In this document: piece by piece, positions 1 to 7,647 of the stretch
Numbering within the stretch: the first letter of the stretch is position 1
How the letters are laid out: every line of letters begins with the position of its first letter
Origin: an uncultured Pseudomonadota bacterium
Lineage (GTDB): Bacteria; Pseudomonadota; Gammaproteobacteria; Burkholderiales; Burkholderiaceae_C
DNA length: 64,000 nucleotides
Reading direction: 5' to 3'
Assembly (NCBI GenBank): GCA_963758955.1
Contig: CAVWXO010000009.1
Span: forward strand, 27,525 to 91,524
Notes under the pieces: model-generated
Told to the model about the DNA's origin: nothing
The model's database searches: none
What the model saw: the letters and a program-made list of their open reading frames with translations, nothing else
Program-made: the position numbers and the translations under genes

Positions 1-593
1 GAGCGCAGTGCGTTGTCGATGTGGCGCCGCGTGCCTGGCGCGTACATGTGCGTGTACGACGCGTCGAAGGCGATGCTCAGCAGCTCGACCTCCTTGGCCG
101 ACAGCAGGCCGCTGGCATAGATGCCCGCGCCCGTGGCCATGAACTGATCGGTCCAGCAGGGGTCGAGTTCGACGAACGGATCCCAGGCCGCGTTCCACTG
201 GCCGATGGCCTTCATCCGTTCGATCGCCGGCGTCGACGCGGCCGCTTTCGGCTGCAGTTTGGCGCCAGCGGCCTTGGCCTCGTCGAGCAGGATCGGTGCG
301 CCCAGGCTGCACGAGTGGATAGCCATCACCGACGCCATCTTCAGGACCATCAGGATCTCATCGCGCGTCGCTCCGGCGTCCAGCGCGCGCCGAATATGCC
401 GGCGCGTGCCTTCGGGATTCAAGTTGGTGCAGGCCACGTTCAGCGCAATGCCGATCAGTTCGACGAGCTTGCGCGGCAGCACGCCCGAATGCCACGGATT
501 TGTAGCCATGCGCGTGCAGGTCTCCGCCCAGGCGGGGTCCCACTCGCGCAGCTGCGCGAGTGCAGCGTCCCACGGTCCGGTCTCTTCGGTCAT
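1..593 (-). CDS. Carboxymuconolactone decarboxylase (CMD/AhpD-like) family protein, two tandem CMD-like repeats; 3' end runs off the window
   Basis: Not in the ORF track (open at window edge). Manual translation from ATG at 593: MTEETGPWDAALAQLREWDPAWAETCTRM...LVELIGIALNVACTNLNPEGTRRHIRRALDAGATRDEILMVL...WNAAWDPFVELDPCWTDQFM...SIAFDASYTHMYAPGTRRHI; both halves resemble the 6114-6500 protein. Confidence 0.85.
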   Translation of the reverse strand, partial: MTEETGPWDAALAQLREWDPAWAETCTRMATNPWHSGVLPRKLVELIGIALNVACTNLNPEGTRRHIRRALDAGATRDEILMVLKMASVMAIHSCSLGAPILLDEAKAAGAKLQPKAAASTPAIERMKAIGQWNAAWDPFVELDPCWTDQFMATGAGIYASGLLSAKEVELLSIAFDASYTHMYAPGTRRHIDNALR

Positions 594-613
594 GCGGCCC
601 CCGTTGCACCGGG

Positions 614-1726
614 CTACAGGATGCTGACCGGGCTCGTCGCCGTCCCGCTCGGCTTGGGCAGCTTGCCGTCGGTCTCGTAGGCCAGGAAGCCCTTGTAGCC
701 CTCGGGCCGGTTCGGCGGCAGGCCCAGGTTGAACAGCGTCTCCTCGACGCTGTCGTACCACACGCCGATCTTCATGATCTTGCGCGCCTCGTCCGCCGTG
801 GCGACCTTGCGGCCGAACTGCTCGCTCAGCTTCACCGCCCACTCGACCTGCTTCACCGTGGACCAGCGCTGCTTGTGCATGTCCCAGATGTTGTCCTCGT
901 TGCCGACGCGCACGTTCTGGCCGAGGATGGTCGCCAGCGTTTGGATCGCGATGTTGCCGCGCATGCTGCTCCAGAAGGTGACGCTGGACGCGCCGTGCGG
1001 CGTGCGGCGCAGCATCTCCATCCAGTCGAAGGGGTTGCGGCCCATCGTGCCGCCGCCGTAGCCGCACAGCGCCAGGTTCAGCGGGCCCTTGTAGATGCCA
1101 GCACGCAGCAGCCGCTCGATGATCTCCAGCTGGTGCACATGGGCGGGCACGAAGTAGGGCTGGATCTTGTTCTTGCTCAGCCGCTTCAGGTGCTCGACGT
1201 AGAACGCCGGCAACGAGTCCACCACCATGCCGGCCCAGGCCGCGGCCACCTTCGGGTCGTCCAGGTGCGTGCCCTCCGCGTCGCCGGGGACGAAGGCCTG
1301 CGTGATGTCCCACAGCGTGGTGCCGGTGGTGACCGTCACGCAGTCGGGCTTGGGGTCCAGCTCGGTGAGCATGTGGCGCGTGTCGTAGTCCAGCCACTTG
1401 GCCTTGGCGCCTTCGGTGTGCGGCGCGAAGGAGATCGAGCCGCCCACCTGCAGGATCATCTTCGGCACTGCCTTGCGTAGCATGCCGAGCAACTCGTTGT
1501 ACTGGTCGAAGTTCGACGAGCCCTGGCCGGTCTTCGGGTCGCGCACGTGCACGTGCAGCATCGTCGCGCCGGCGTTGTAGCAGTCCACCGCCGCCTGCAC
1601 CTGCTGCTCGAAGCTGACCGGAAGGTCCTCCACGTCGCCCGGCAGCCACTCGGGGCCGAAGGGCGCCGCGGTGATGATCGTCGGCTGCATGTTCTCGGGG
1701 AAGAGCGAGTCATCAGTGAAGTACAT
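614..1726 (-). CDS. Beta-keto acid cleavage enzyme (BKACE / DUF849, Kce family), paralog 1
   Basis: 370 aa; AGATMLHVHVRD metal-binding HxH and RVGNED motif typical of the Kce/DUF849 family; GGAG RBS upstream. Confidence 0.9.
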   Translation of the reverse strand: MYFTDDSLFPENMQPTIITAAPFGPEWLPGDVEDLPVSFEQQVQAAVDCYNAGATMLHVHVRDPKTGQGSSNFDQYNELLGMLRKAVPKMILQVGGSISFAPHTEGAKAKWLDYDTRHMLTELDPKPDCVTVTTGTTLWDITQAFVPGDAEGTHLDDPKVAAAWAGMVVDSLPAFYVEHLKRLSKNKIQPYFVPAHVHQLEIIERLLRAGIYKGPLNLALCGYGGGTMGRNPFDWMEMLRRTPHGASSVTFWSSMRGNIAIQTLATILGQNVRVGNEDNIWDMHKQRWSTVKQVEWAVKLSEQFGRKVATADEARKIMKIGVWYDSVEETLFNLGLPPNRPEGYKGFLAYETDGKLPKPSGTATSPVSIL

Positions 1727-1806
1727 GGTCGTTGCTCCTGCGTGGATGGTGGGATGAACCCCTTTAGACCCAGTCAGGTTGTAGCCGCCACGTCCCCGGC
1801 TTGTCG

Positions 1807-1842
1807 CCGCAGTTCAGGACAGTCGCCGTGACACTTCGCGAC
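1807..1842. promoter_or_regulatory. Probable tandem AraC-family binding boxes
   Basis: CCGCAGTTCAGGAC (1807) and TGACACTTCGCGAC (1829), 22 bp apart, resemble the clearer boxes at 6561/6582 and lie between divergent BKACE and AraC genes. Confidence 0.4.
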
Positions 1843-1896
1843 GGCGGGATTGACTTTTCTCGACGCCGCTCGATGTCGTCCCCGAGAATGCGCGGC

Positions 1897-3075
1897 ATGA
1901 CCGACGCGAACACCCTGCATCTGCAGGCCAGCCTGGGCGACGAGGAAGAGCTCTGGCGCCAGCGCGTCGGCGCCCTGCAGGCGGCACCGCGGCTGCTGCG
2001 CGAGTTGGGCGTCGATCCGCGGCCGGTGCTCGCCGCGGCGGGGCTGAACGAGTCGGCCTTCGACCTGGCCGAGAACAGCATTCCCTATGCCGCCTTCGGC
2101 AGGTTCATGCATGGCGGCGCGATGCACTCGGGCCTGGACCACTTCGGGCTGCTCCTGGGTGAGGCCTGGACTTTGCAGGATCTGGGGCTGCTGGGGCAGC
2201 TGGTGCGGCACGCCGCCACGGTGGGCGACGCGCTGCGCTACGGCTGCGTCTACCACCACCTCAACAGCCAGGGCGGCGTGGTCTTCCTGCGCCGGCACGG
2301 CGCCGTGGCGGAACTCGGCTACGCCATCTATCACCGTGGCGGCGTGGGCACGCGCCAGATCTACGACGGCGTGCTGGCCACGCTGGTCAACTTCATGCGC
2401 GAGCTGTGCGGGCCGGCCTGGGTGCCCGGCGAAGTGCTGCTGGCCCATGCGCCGCCGGCCGATGCCAGCCCCTACCGGCGCCTGTTCCGCTGCCCGGTGC
2501 GCTTCAACGCCGAGCTGAACACGCTGCGCTTCCCCAGCGACTGGCTCGATCGGCCGGTGCCCGGTGCCGACCCGATGCTGCTGCGCAGCCTGGAGGTGCA
2601 GGCGAACGCCATGGCCCAGCCCGACCTGATCGAAAAGCTTCGCCGCTCGCTGCGCGTGCTGCTGCTGAACCGGGTGGCCTCGGGCGACGCCGTGGCCGAG
2701 ATGCTGGCCATGCACCGGCGCACGCTGAACCGCCGGCTGGAGGCGCTGGGCACGACCTTCCGCGAGGTGCTGGAGGGCGTGCGCTTCGAAGCGGCGTGCC
2801 AGCTGCTGGCCTTGACCGAGCTGTCCTTGGACGATGTCGCCGATGCCTTGGGTTATGCGGGCGTCAGCCCCTTCACCCGCGCCTTCCGGCGCCGGGCGGG
2901 CGCGGCGCCGGGGCAGTGGCGGCGCGATGCCGTCGACCGCGCGGCCCGGGGCCTCGGCATGCCCGACTCACTGCCGCCGGTGCCGGACGCGGCGCCCCCC
3001 GGAGCGGCGCCACGGTGGTCAAGCACCGCGCCCGCAGTGGCGCGCAGGCTCAGCCGCCCAGATCCTGCGGCTTGA
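1897..3075 (+). CDS. AraC family transcriptional regulator (N-terminal ligand domain + C-terminal HTH)
   Basis: VAEMLAMHRRTLNRRL...LSLDDVADALGYAGVSPFTRAFRR AraC HTH; start uncertain (1888 or 1897); low-complexity tail whose stop lies inside the duplicated Bug tail. Confidence 0.9.
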   Translation: MTDANTLHLQASLGDEEELWRQRVGALQAAPRLLRELGVDPRPVLAAAGLNESAFDLAENSIPYAAFGRFMHGGAMHSGLDHFGLLLGEAWTLQDLGLLGQLVRHAATVGDALRYGCVYHHLNSQGGVVFLRRHGAVAELGYAIYHRGGVGTRQIYDGVLATLVNFMRELCGPAWVPGEVLLAHAPPADASPYRRLFRCPVRFNAELNTLRFPSDWLDRPVPGADPMLLRSLEVQANAMAQPDLIEKLRRSLRVLLLNRVASGDAVAEMLAMHRRTLNRRLEALGTTFREVLEGVRFEAACQLLALTELSLDDVADALGYAGVSPFTRAFRRRAGAAPGQWRRDAVDRAARGLGMPDSLPPVPDAAPPGAAPRWSSTAPAVARRLSRPDPAA

Positions 3076-3136
3076 TGCCCAGCGCGCGCAGCGTCGCGCC
3101 TTGCTTGTCCGAGGCAACGCGTCTTGGCTGCGACAT
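3050..3136 (-). repeat. Decayed duplicate of the 3' end of the Bug gene (copy of 3995-4066 plus a short piece of 4146-4156)
   Basis: 3050-3121 aligns to 3995-4066 at 66/72 nt (RVASDKQGATLRALGIKPQDLGG* vs ...DLVG*); GGCTGCGACAT (MSQP) at 3126-3136 matches 4146-4156. Confidence 0.92.
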
Positions 3137-3139
3137 GAC

Positions 3140-3178
3140 GTGCCTGTCGTCAGGCAAACGGATCGTCAGCGTGGACAT
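3140..3178 (-). pseudogene. N-terminal remnant of a ribbon-helix-helix (CopG/HicB-like) antitoxin
   Basis: ATG-initiated MSTLTIRLPDDRH, the alternating beta-strand start of RHH antitoxins, cut after 13 codons; AATAAT -10-like element just upstream. Confidence 0.5.
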
Positions 3179-3216
3179 GGAAACACGTCCAGACATTATT
3201 CGGGCGCGGACCCGAC

Positions 3217-3244
3217 GCCGAGCGTGCCGCGCAGCGCGCTCGGC
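3217..3244. terminator. GC-rich hairpin downstream of vapC
   Basis: GCCGAGCGTGC-N6-GCGCGCTCGGC inverted repeat; no clear U-tract. Confidence 0.35.
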
Positions 3245-3251
3245 ATCGCGT

Positions 3252-3689
3252 TCAGCGCTGCGGCAGCGGGTTGACGACACGCAGTGCCGCGAAGCGGCCG
3301 AAGTCGCGATCGGCCGACCACAGCTCGCTCACCCCATGCTGAAGGCACAGCGCCGCGATGCGTGCGTCGTGCACCGCGGGGCCGACGATGCGGGCTTTGG
3401 CCAGCAGCCCGCGCAGCGTCGGCCAGTGACTGTCTCCCTCGGACAGCAGCACCAGGCTCGGGCTTTCCAGCCACGCGTCGATCTGCTCCAGGGCGCGCGC
3501 TGCAGGGGTGGGCGGTGCATAGATGCGTGGGTGCGTCGCGATCGAAAAGAACTCATGCAGGCAAGGCCAGGGGATAGCCCAGGCAGCGCGTGCTTCGGCA
3601 CACTGCGCCACACAGGCGTCGGCCGCTTCGTGAAACGGGGAGTCCTCGCGGTGAGCATAGACCAGCAGGTTCGTGTCGATGGCGATCAC
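3252..3689 (-). CDS. vapC: VapC PIN-domain ribonuclease toxin
   Basis: GTG start overlapping the vapB stop; MIAIDTNLLVYA...CLHEFFSIATHPR...VHDARIAALC...LWSADRDF carries the PIN acidic residues. Confidence 0.92.
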   Translation of the reverse strand: MIAIDTNLLVYAHREDSPFHEAADACVAQCAEARAAWAIPWPCLHEFFSIATHPRIYAPPTPAARALEQIDAWLESPSLVLLSEGDSHWPTLRGLLAKARIVGPAVHDARIAALCLQHGVSELWSADRDFGRFAALRVVNPLPQR

Positions 3690-3934
3690 GGTGCCGGGTC
3701 CCCGTAGGCCAGGTCGCGCAACTGCTGCCACGATGCACCTTGCAGCTGCGGCCGCAAGCCCTGGCCCTTGACGGTCACCCGCCGCAGGCGAAACGGCGCC
3801 ATTCGCTTGCGGCGTTTGCCGAGCACCTCGCGCAGCCCCGCCTCCACCAGCGCGCGCAGCGAGGTGTTTTCTTCGGCGGCAACACGCTTGGCCTCGGCAA
3901 GCAGGCTGTCGCCCAGTTCGATGGTGGTCTTCAT
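3686..3934 (-). CDS. vapB: VapB antitoxin (RHH DNA-binding N-terminus)
   Basis: 82 aa MKTTIELGDSLLAEAKRVAAEENTSLRALVEAGLR, directly upstream of and overlapping vapC. Confidence 0.88.
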   Translation of the reverse strand: MKTTIELGDSLLAEAKRVAAEENTSLRALVEAGLREVLGKRRKRMAPFRLRRVTVKGQGLRPQLQGASWQQLRDLAYGDPAP

Positions 3935-3970
3935 ATGGGTACCCGTACCGCTTGAGATGGCTAGCAGTAT
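3934..3970 (-). promoter_or_regulatory. vapBC operator and -10 element
   Basis: Near-palindrome TATGGGTACCCGTA (3934-3947) abutting the start codon; TATACT hexamer on the minus strand just upstream. Confidence 0.5.
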
Positions 3971-3994
3971 AGATGCCGGCGCAACAGGCTGGAC

Positions 3995-4999
3995 TCAGCC
4001 TACCAGATCCTGCGGCTTGATGCCCAGCGCTCGCAGCGTCGCGCCCTGCTTGTCCGAGGCCACACGCAGCGACTTGGCCAGTTCTTCCGGCGTCGCGCCG
4101 CTGCCCTGGTCGCTGCCCATGTCGATCAGGCGCGCCTGCACCGTGGGCTGCGACATCGCCTTCAGCGCGGCCTGGCGGATCTTGTTCTGCACCTCGTCCG
4201 GCACGCCCGGCTTGGTCCACAAGCCCATCCAGGCCACCTCTTCGAGCATCGGATAGCCCTGCTCGGCGAAGGTCGGCACCTCGGGCAGTGCGGGGTTGCG
4301 CTTCGGCCCGCTGACGGCCAGCGCCTTGATCTTGCCGCCCTTGATCATCGGGATCGAGGTCGCCGGACCGTCGAACATCAGCTGCAGGTGGCCACCGGCC
4401 AGGTCCTGCAGCGCTGGCGGCGAGCCCTTGTAGGGCACGTGGTTCAGGTCGATGCCGGCCGCCTTGTTGAGCTCCAGCCCCATCGTGTGCGAGATCGTGC
4501 CCGCGCTGTACGAGGCATAGGACAGCTTGCCCGGGTTGGCCTTGGCGTAGCTGACCAGCTCGGGCACGTTCTTCGCCGGCAGCGAGGCGTTGGCCACGAA
4601 GACCAGCCCGCTGCGCGACAGCTCGGCCAGCGGCTTGATGTCCTTGAAGGGGTCGAAGCGCACCTTGATGACATGCGGGATCTCGGTCACCAATGCGTTC
4701 ACCGACACCAGCAGGGTATAGCCGTCGGCCGGCTGGCCCAGGAAGTCCTGCATCGCGATCATGCCGGCCGCACCCGGCTTGGGCTCGACGATCACCGGCT
4801 GGCCCCATTCCTTCTGCAGGCCGTCGGCCAGCAGGCGGGCGACGATGTCGGCGGTGCCCCCCGGCGGCGCGCCGATGACGATGCGCACCGGCTTGGTGGG
4901 CCAGGCCTGGGCGAAGGCGGCGGGCGCGGCGGCCAGCAGCGCAGCGCCGGCAAGGGCGCCGAGCGCGGCGCGGCGGGAGGCGCAGAACAAGGAATTCAT
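3995..4999 (-). CDS. Bug/TctC tripartite tricarboxylate transporter substrate-binding protein
   Basis: Signal peptide (SRRAAL...AFAQ), [43 protein letters not shown]. Confidence 0.93.
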   Translation of the reverse strand: MNSLFCASRRAALGALAGAALLAAAPAAFAQAWPTKPVRIVIGAPPGGTADIVARLLADGLQKEWGQPVIVEPKPGAAGMIAMQDFLGQPADGYTLLVSVNALVTEIPHVIKVRFDPFKDIKPLAELSRSGLVFVANASLPAKNVPELVSYAKANPGKLSYASYSAGTISHTMGLELNKAAGIDLNHVPYKGSPPALQDLAGGHLQLMFDGPATSIPMIKGGKIKALAVSGPKRNPALPEVPTFAEQGYPMLEEVAWMGLWTKPGVPDEVQNKIRQAALKAMSQPTVQARLIDMGSDQGSGATPEELAKSLRVASDKQGATLRALGIKPQDLVG

Positions 5000-5030
5000 C
5001 GGGTTGTCTCCGTGGTGTTGGTGGGGTTGC

Positions 5031-6086
5031 TCAGGCGGCGAGCTTGAGCGTGGCGCCGCGTGTGCCGGGCTTGCGGTTCGGCGCATAGCCCAGCCTGGCC
5101 AGCGTCTCGTCGGCCGACTTGTAGTGCGTGCCGATCTGGTAGATCTGCTTGGCCTGGTCGCCGCTGGCCACCTCGCGGTGCAGTTCGCGCGCGAGGCGCA
5201 CCATCTGCTCGACCTGCTGCACGCTGGTCATGCGCTCGCCCTTCTTCGCCCAAAGGTTGTCCTCGATGCCCACGCGCACGTGCAGGCCCATCGCGATGGC
5301 CATGGTGCCCAGCGGCAGCACGTTGCGCATCAGGCTCTCGATGGTCAGCACGGCGTTGTCGGGGCAGCGGTTGATGAACTCCATCATGTTGCGCGGGTTC
5401 GGGCCGTCGGCGCCGCCGCCAATGCCCACCCAGTTGAGCACCAGCGGGCCGGTGTAGACGCCGCGACGGATCAGCCGCTCCACCGTTTCCAGCTGGCCGA
5501 CGTCGGCCAGCATGAAGTGCGGCTGGATGCCGTTGGTCTGCAGCCGCTTCAGGTGCTCGGCCACGAAGGCCGGGCCCGAGGGGATCCACATCTCGCGGTA
5601 GGCCTCCTGGTAGGCCGGCAGCGCCAGCGAGGTGCCGGCCACGTCGTCCGCGGTCAGCAGCTCGCAGACGTTCATCTGGTTGGTGTTGATGGCGATCGTC
5701 ACCTGGTCGGGCTTCGGGTCGAGCTCGGCCAGCATGTGGCGGGTGTCGTCGGTCAGCCACTTGGCATCGGCGCCCTCGCCTTCCGGCGCGAAGGAGATCG
5801 AACCGCCGACCTGCAGCAGCATGCCGGGCACCGCCTCGCGCAGCCGCGCCAGCATCTCGTTGAACATGCTCAGCCGCTTGCTGCCCTTGCCGTCGGCCTC
5901 GCGGCAGTGCACGTGCAGCACCGTGGCGCCGGCGTTCCAGCAGTCCACGGCCTTCTGCACCTGCTCGGCCATCGTCACCGGGATGTCGTCCGAATCGCTG
6001 GGCAGGAATTCGGGGCCATAGGGCGCGACCTGGATCACCAGGGGTTGCTGGTTTTCGGGCAGCAGCGAGTCGTCGAGGAATTGCAT
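5031..6086 (-). CDS. Beta-keto acid cleavage enzyme (BKACE / DUF849), paralog 2
   Basis: 351 aa; AGATVLHVHCRE and RVGIED motifs; collinear with 614-1726. Confidence 0.9.
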   Translation of the reverse strand: MQFLDDSLLPENQQPLVIQVAPYGPEFLPSDSDDIPVTMAEQVQKAVDCWNAGATVLHVHCREADGKGSKRLSMFNEMLARLREAVPGMLLQVGGSISFAPEGEGADAKWLTDDTRHMLAELDPKPDQVTIAINTNQMNVCELLTADDVAGTSLALPAYQEAYREMWIPSGPAFVAEHLKRLQTNGIQPHFMLADVGQLETVERLIRRGVYTGPLVLNWVGIGGGADGPNPRNMMEFINRCPDNAVLTIESLMRNVLPLGTMAIAMGLHVRVGIEDNLWAKKGERMTSVQQVEQMVRLARELHREVASGDQAKQIYQIGTHYKSADETLARLGYAPNRKPGTRGATLKLAA

Positions 6087-6113
6087 GGTCGGTCTCCTTG
6101 TGGGGATGGGGTG

Positions 6114-6500
6114 TCAGGGATGGGTGATGCCGGCGGCGCGCGCGGCCATTTCTTCCTGCAGGATCGGCGCGCCGAGGCTCATGGTGTGGATGCCCAGCAC
6201 GCTGACGCACTGCAGCACCGCGGTGATCTCTTCCGGGGTGGCCCCCAGGTCCAGCGCCTTGCGGACGTGGCGGCGTACGCCAGGGCCGTACATGTGCGTG
6301 CAGGATGCATCCACCGCGATGGCGATGAACTCGATCACCTTCGGGTCGAGCGCGCCGTTGAGCATCGGCTTCAGGCCCATGGCCATGAAGGCTTCGGTCC
6401 AGGCCGGGTCCAGCTGGTAGAAGGGCTCCCAGTTCGGGTTCCATTCGCCGGCGGCACGCAGGCGGTCGCAAAGCGGGGTGTCGGCGCGGGCTTCGCTCAT
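6114..6500 (-). CDS. Carboxymuconolactone decarboxylase family protein (single domain)
   Basis: 128 aa; IEFIAIAVDASCTHMYGPGVRRHVRKALDLGATPEEITAVL. Confidence 0.85.
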   Translation of the reverse strand: MSEARADTPLCDRLRAAGEWNPNWEPFYQLDPAWTEAFMAMGLKPMLNGALDPKVIEFIAIAVDASCTHMYGPGVRRHVRKALDLGATPEEITAVLQCVSVLGIHTMSLGAPILQEEMAARAAGITHP

Positions 6501-6560
6501 CGGTTGTCTCCCTGTCGTTCTGGAATGTCGATATTGTTTGCGTCGAAGCGGGTCATGACT

Positions 6561-6597
6561 TCACAATCCGGGACATGAACTTGACATTACGGGACAT
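6561..6597. promoter_or_regulatory. Tandem direct-repeat AraC-type operator
   Basis: TCACAATCCGGGACAT (6561) and TGACATTACGGGACAT (6582): 13/16 identical, 21 bp apart, in the divergent CMD/AraC spacer. Confidence 0.65.
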
Positions 6598-6602
6598 CTG
6601 AA

Positions 6603-7598
6603 CTGAGCGCCCTGGTCCGCAGCGCCGCACTGACGCACTTCGCCGACCTGGCCACAGCCTGCGGCCTGGACCCGCGGGCGCTGCTCGCCCGTGTGGGCCT
6701 GCAGGCGCGCTGCCTGCGCGACCCGGACCTGAAGATCGCCGCCCACCTGGTGGGCCAGCTGCTGGAACTGGCAGCCGCCGAAGGGCACGAGCCGGCCTTC
6801 GGCCTGCGCCTGGCCGAATCGCGCCGCCTGTCCAACCTGGGGCCGCTGGCCTTGCTGGTGCGCGACGAGCCCACGCTGCGCAGCGCGCTGGAAACGCTGA
6901 TGCACCACATCCACGTGCACAACGAGGCGGTGGCGGTGCACGTGGCCGAACATGGCGGGCTGGTGATCATCCGCACCGAGCTCAGCTCCGATGGGCCCGG
7001 CCCGCTGCGCCAGGCCACGGAGCTGGTGGTGGGGGTCACCTGCCGGGTGCTGCAGGTGCTGCTGGGCGCCCACTGGCAGCCGCGGCTGGTGTGCTTCACG
7101 CACAGCGCGCCACCGAACCTGGCGGTGCACCATCGGGTGCTGGGCCCGTCCGTCGAGTTCGGCCACGAGTTCAACGGCATCGTCGGCAACGCCGCCGACC
7201 TGGACGCGCCCAATCCAGTGGCCGACCCGGTGATGGCGCGCTACAGCCAGAAGCTGCTGCAGCCGGCCCTGGCGCGCAGCACCGACTTCGGCGCGCGTGT
7301 GCGCCAGCTGATCGTGCTGCTGCTGCCGCGCGGGTTGTGCCGGGTGGAGGTGGTGGCCCAGCACCTGGGCGTGGACCGGCGCACGGTGCACCGCAAGCTG
7401 CAGGCCGCGGGCACCAGCTTCAGCGCGCTGCTGGAGGCCGAGCGGTGCGAGCTGGCCCGGCGCTACATCGACGGCACCGACCGGCCGCTGACCGAGGTGT
7501 CGGCGCTGCTCGGCTTCGCGGCGCCGAGCGCCTTCTCGCGCTGGTACCGCGGCAGCTTCGGCGACAGCGCGGCGCGCCGGCGTGCCGGCACAGGCTGA
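6603..7598 (+). CDS. AraC family transcriptional regulator; probable CTG start
   Basis: C-terminal AraC HTH (VAQHLGVDRRTVHRKL...LLGFAAPSAFSRWY). Frame is open upstream of the ORF-track start (6693) as LSALVRSAALTHFADLATACGLDPRALL, bounded by in-frame TGA at 6582. Confidence 0.85.
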   Translation: MSALVRSAALTHFADLATACGLDPRALLARVGLQARCLRDPDLKIAAHLVGQLLELAAAEGHEPAFGLRLAESRRLSNLGPLALLVRDEPTLRSALETLMHHIHVHNEAVAVHVAEHGGLVIIRTELSSDGPGPLRQATELVVGVTCRVLQVLLGAHWQPRLVCFTHSAPPNLAVHHRVLGPSVEFGHEFNGIVGNAADLDAPNPVADPVMARYSQKLLQPALARSTDFGARVRQLIVLLLPRGLCRVEVVAQHLGVDRRTVHRKLQAAGTSFSALLEAERCELARRYIDGTDRPLTEVSALLGFAAPSAFSRWYRGSFGDSAARRRAGTG

Positions 7599-7647
7599 GC
7601 GCGGCACGGGCTACCATGAGGGACGCCCGAACAAGAAGTCAAAGCTC

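Noticed and set aside
3050-4066. Transposon target-site duplication or phage att pair
   Set aside because: Repeat is far longer than a TSD, diverged mainly at synonymous sites, and no terminal inverted repeats or recombinase are present.
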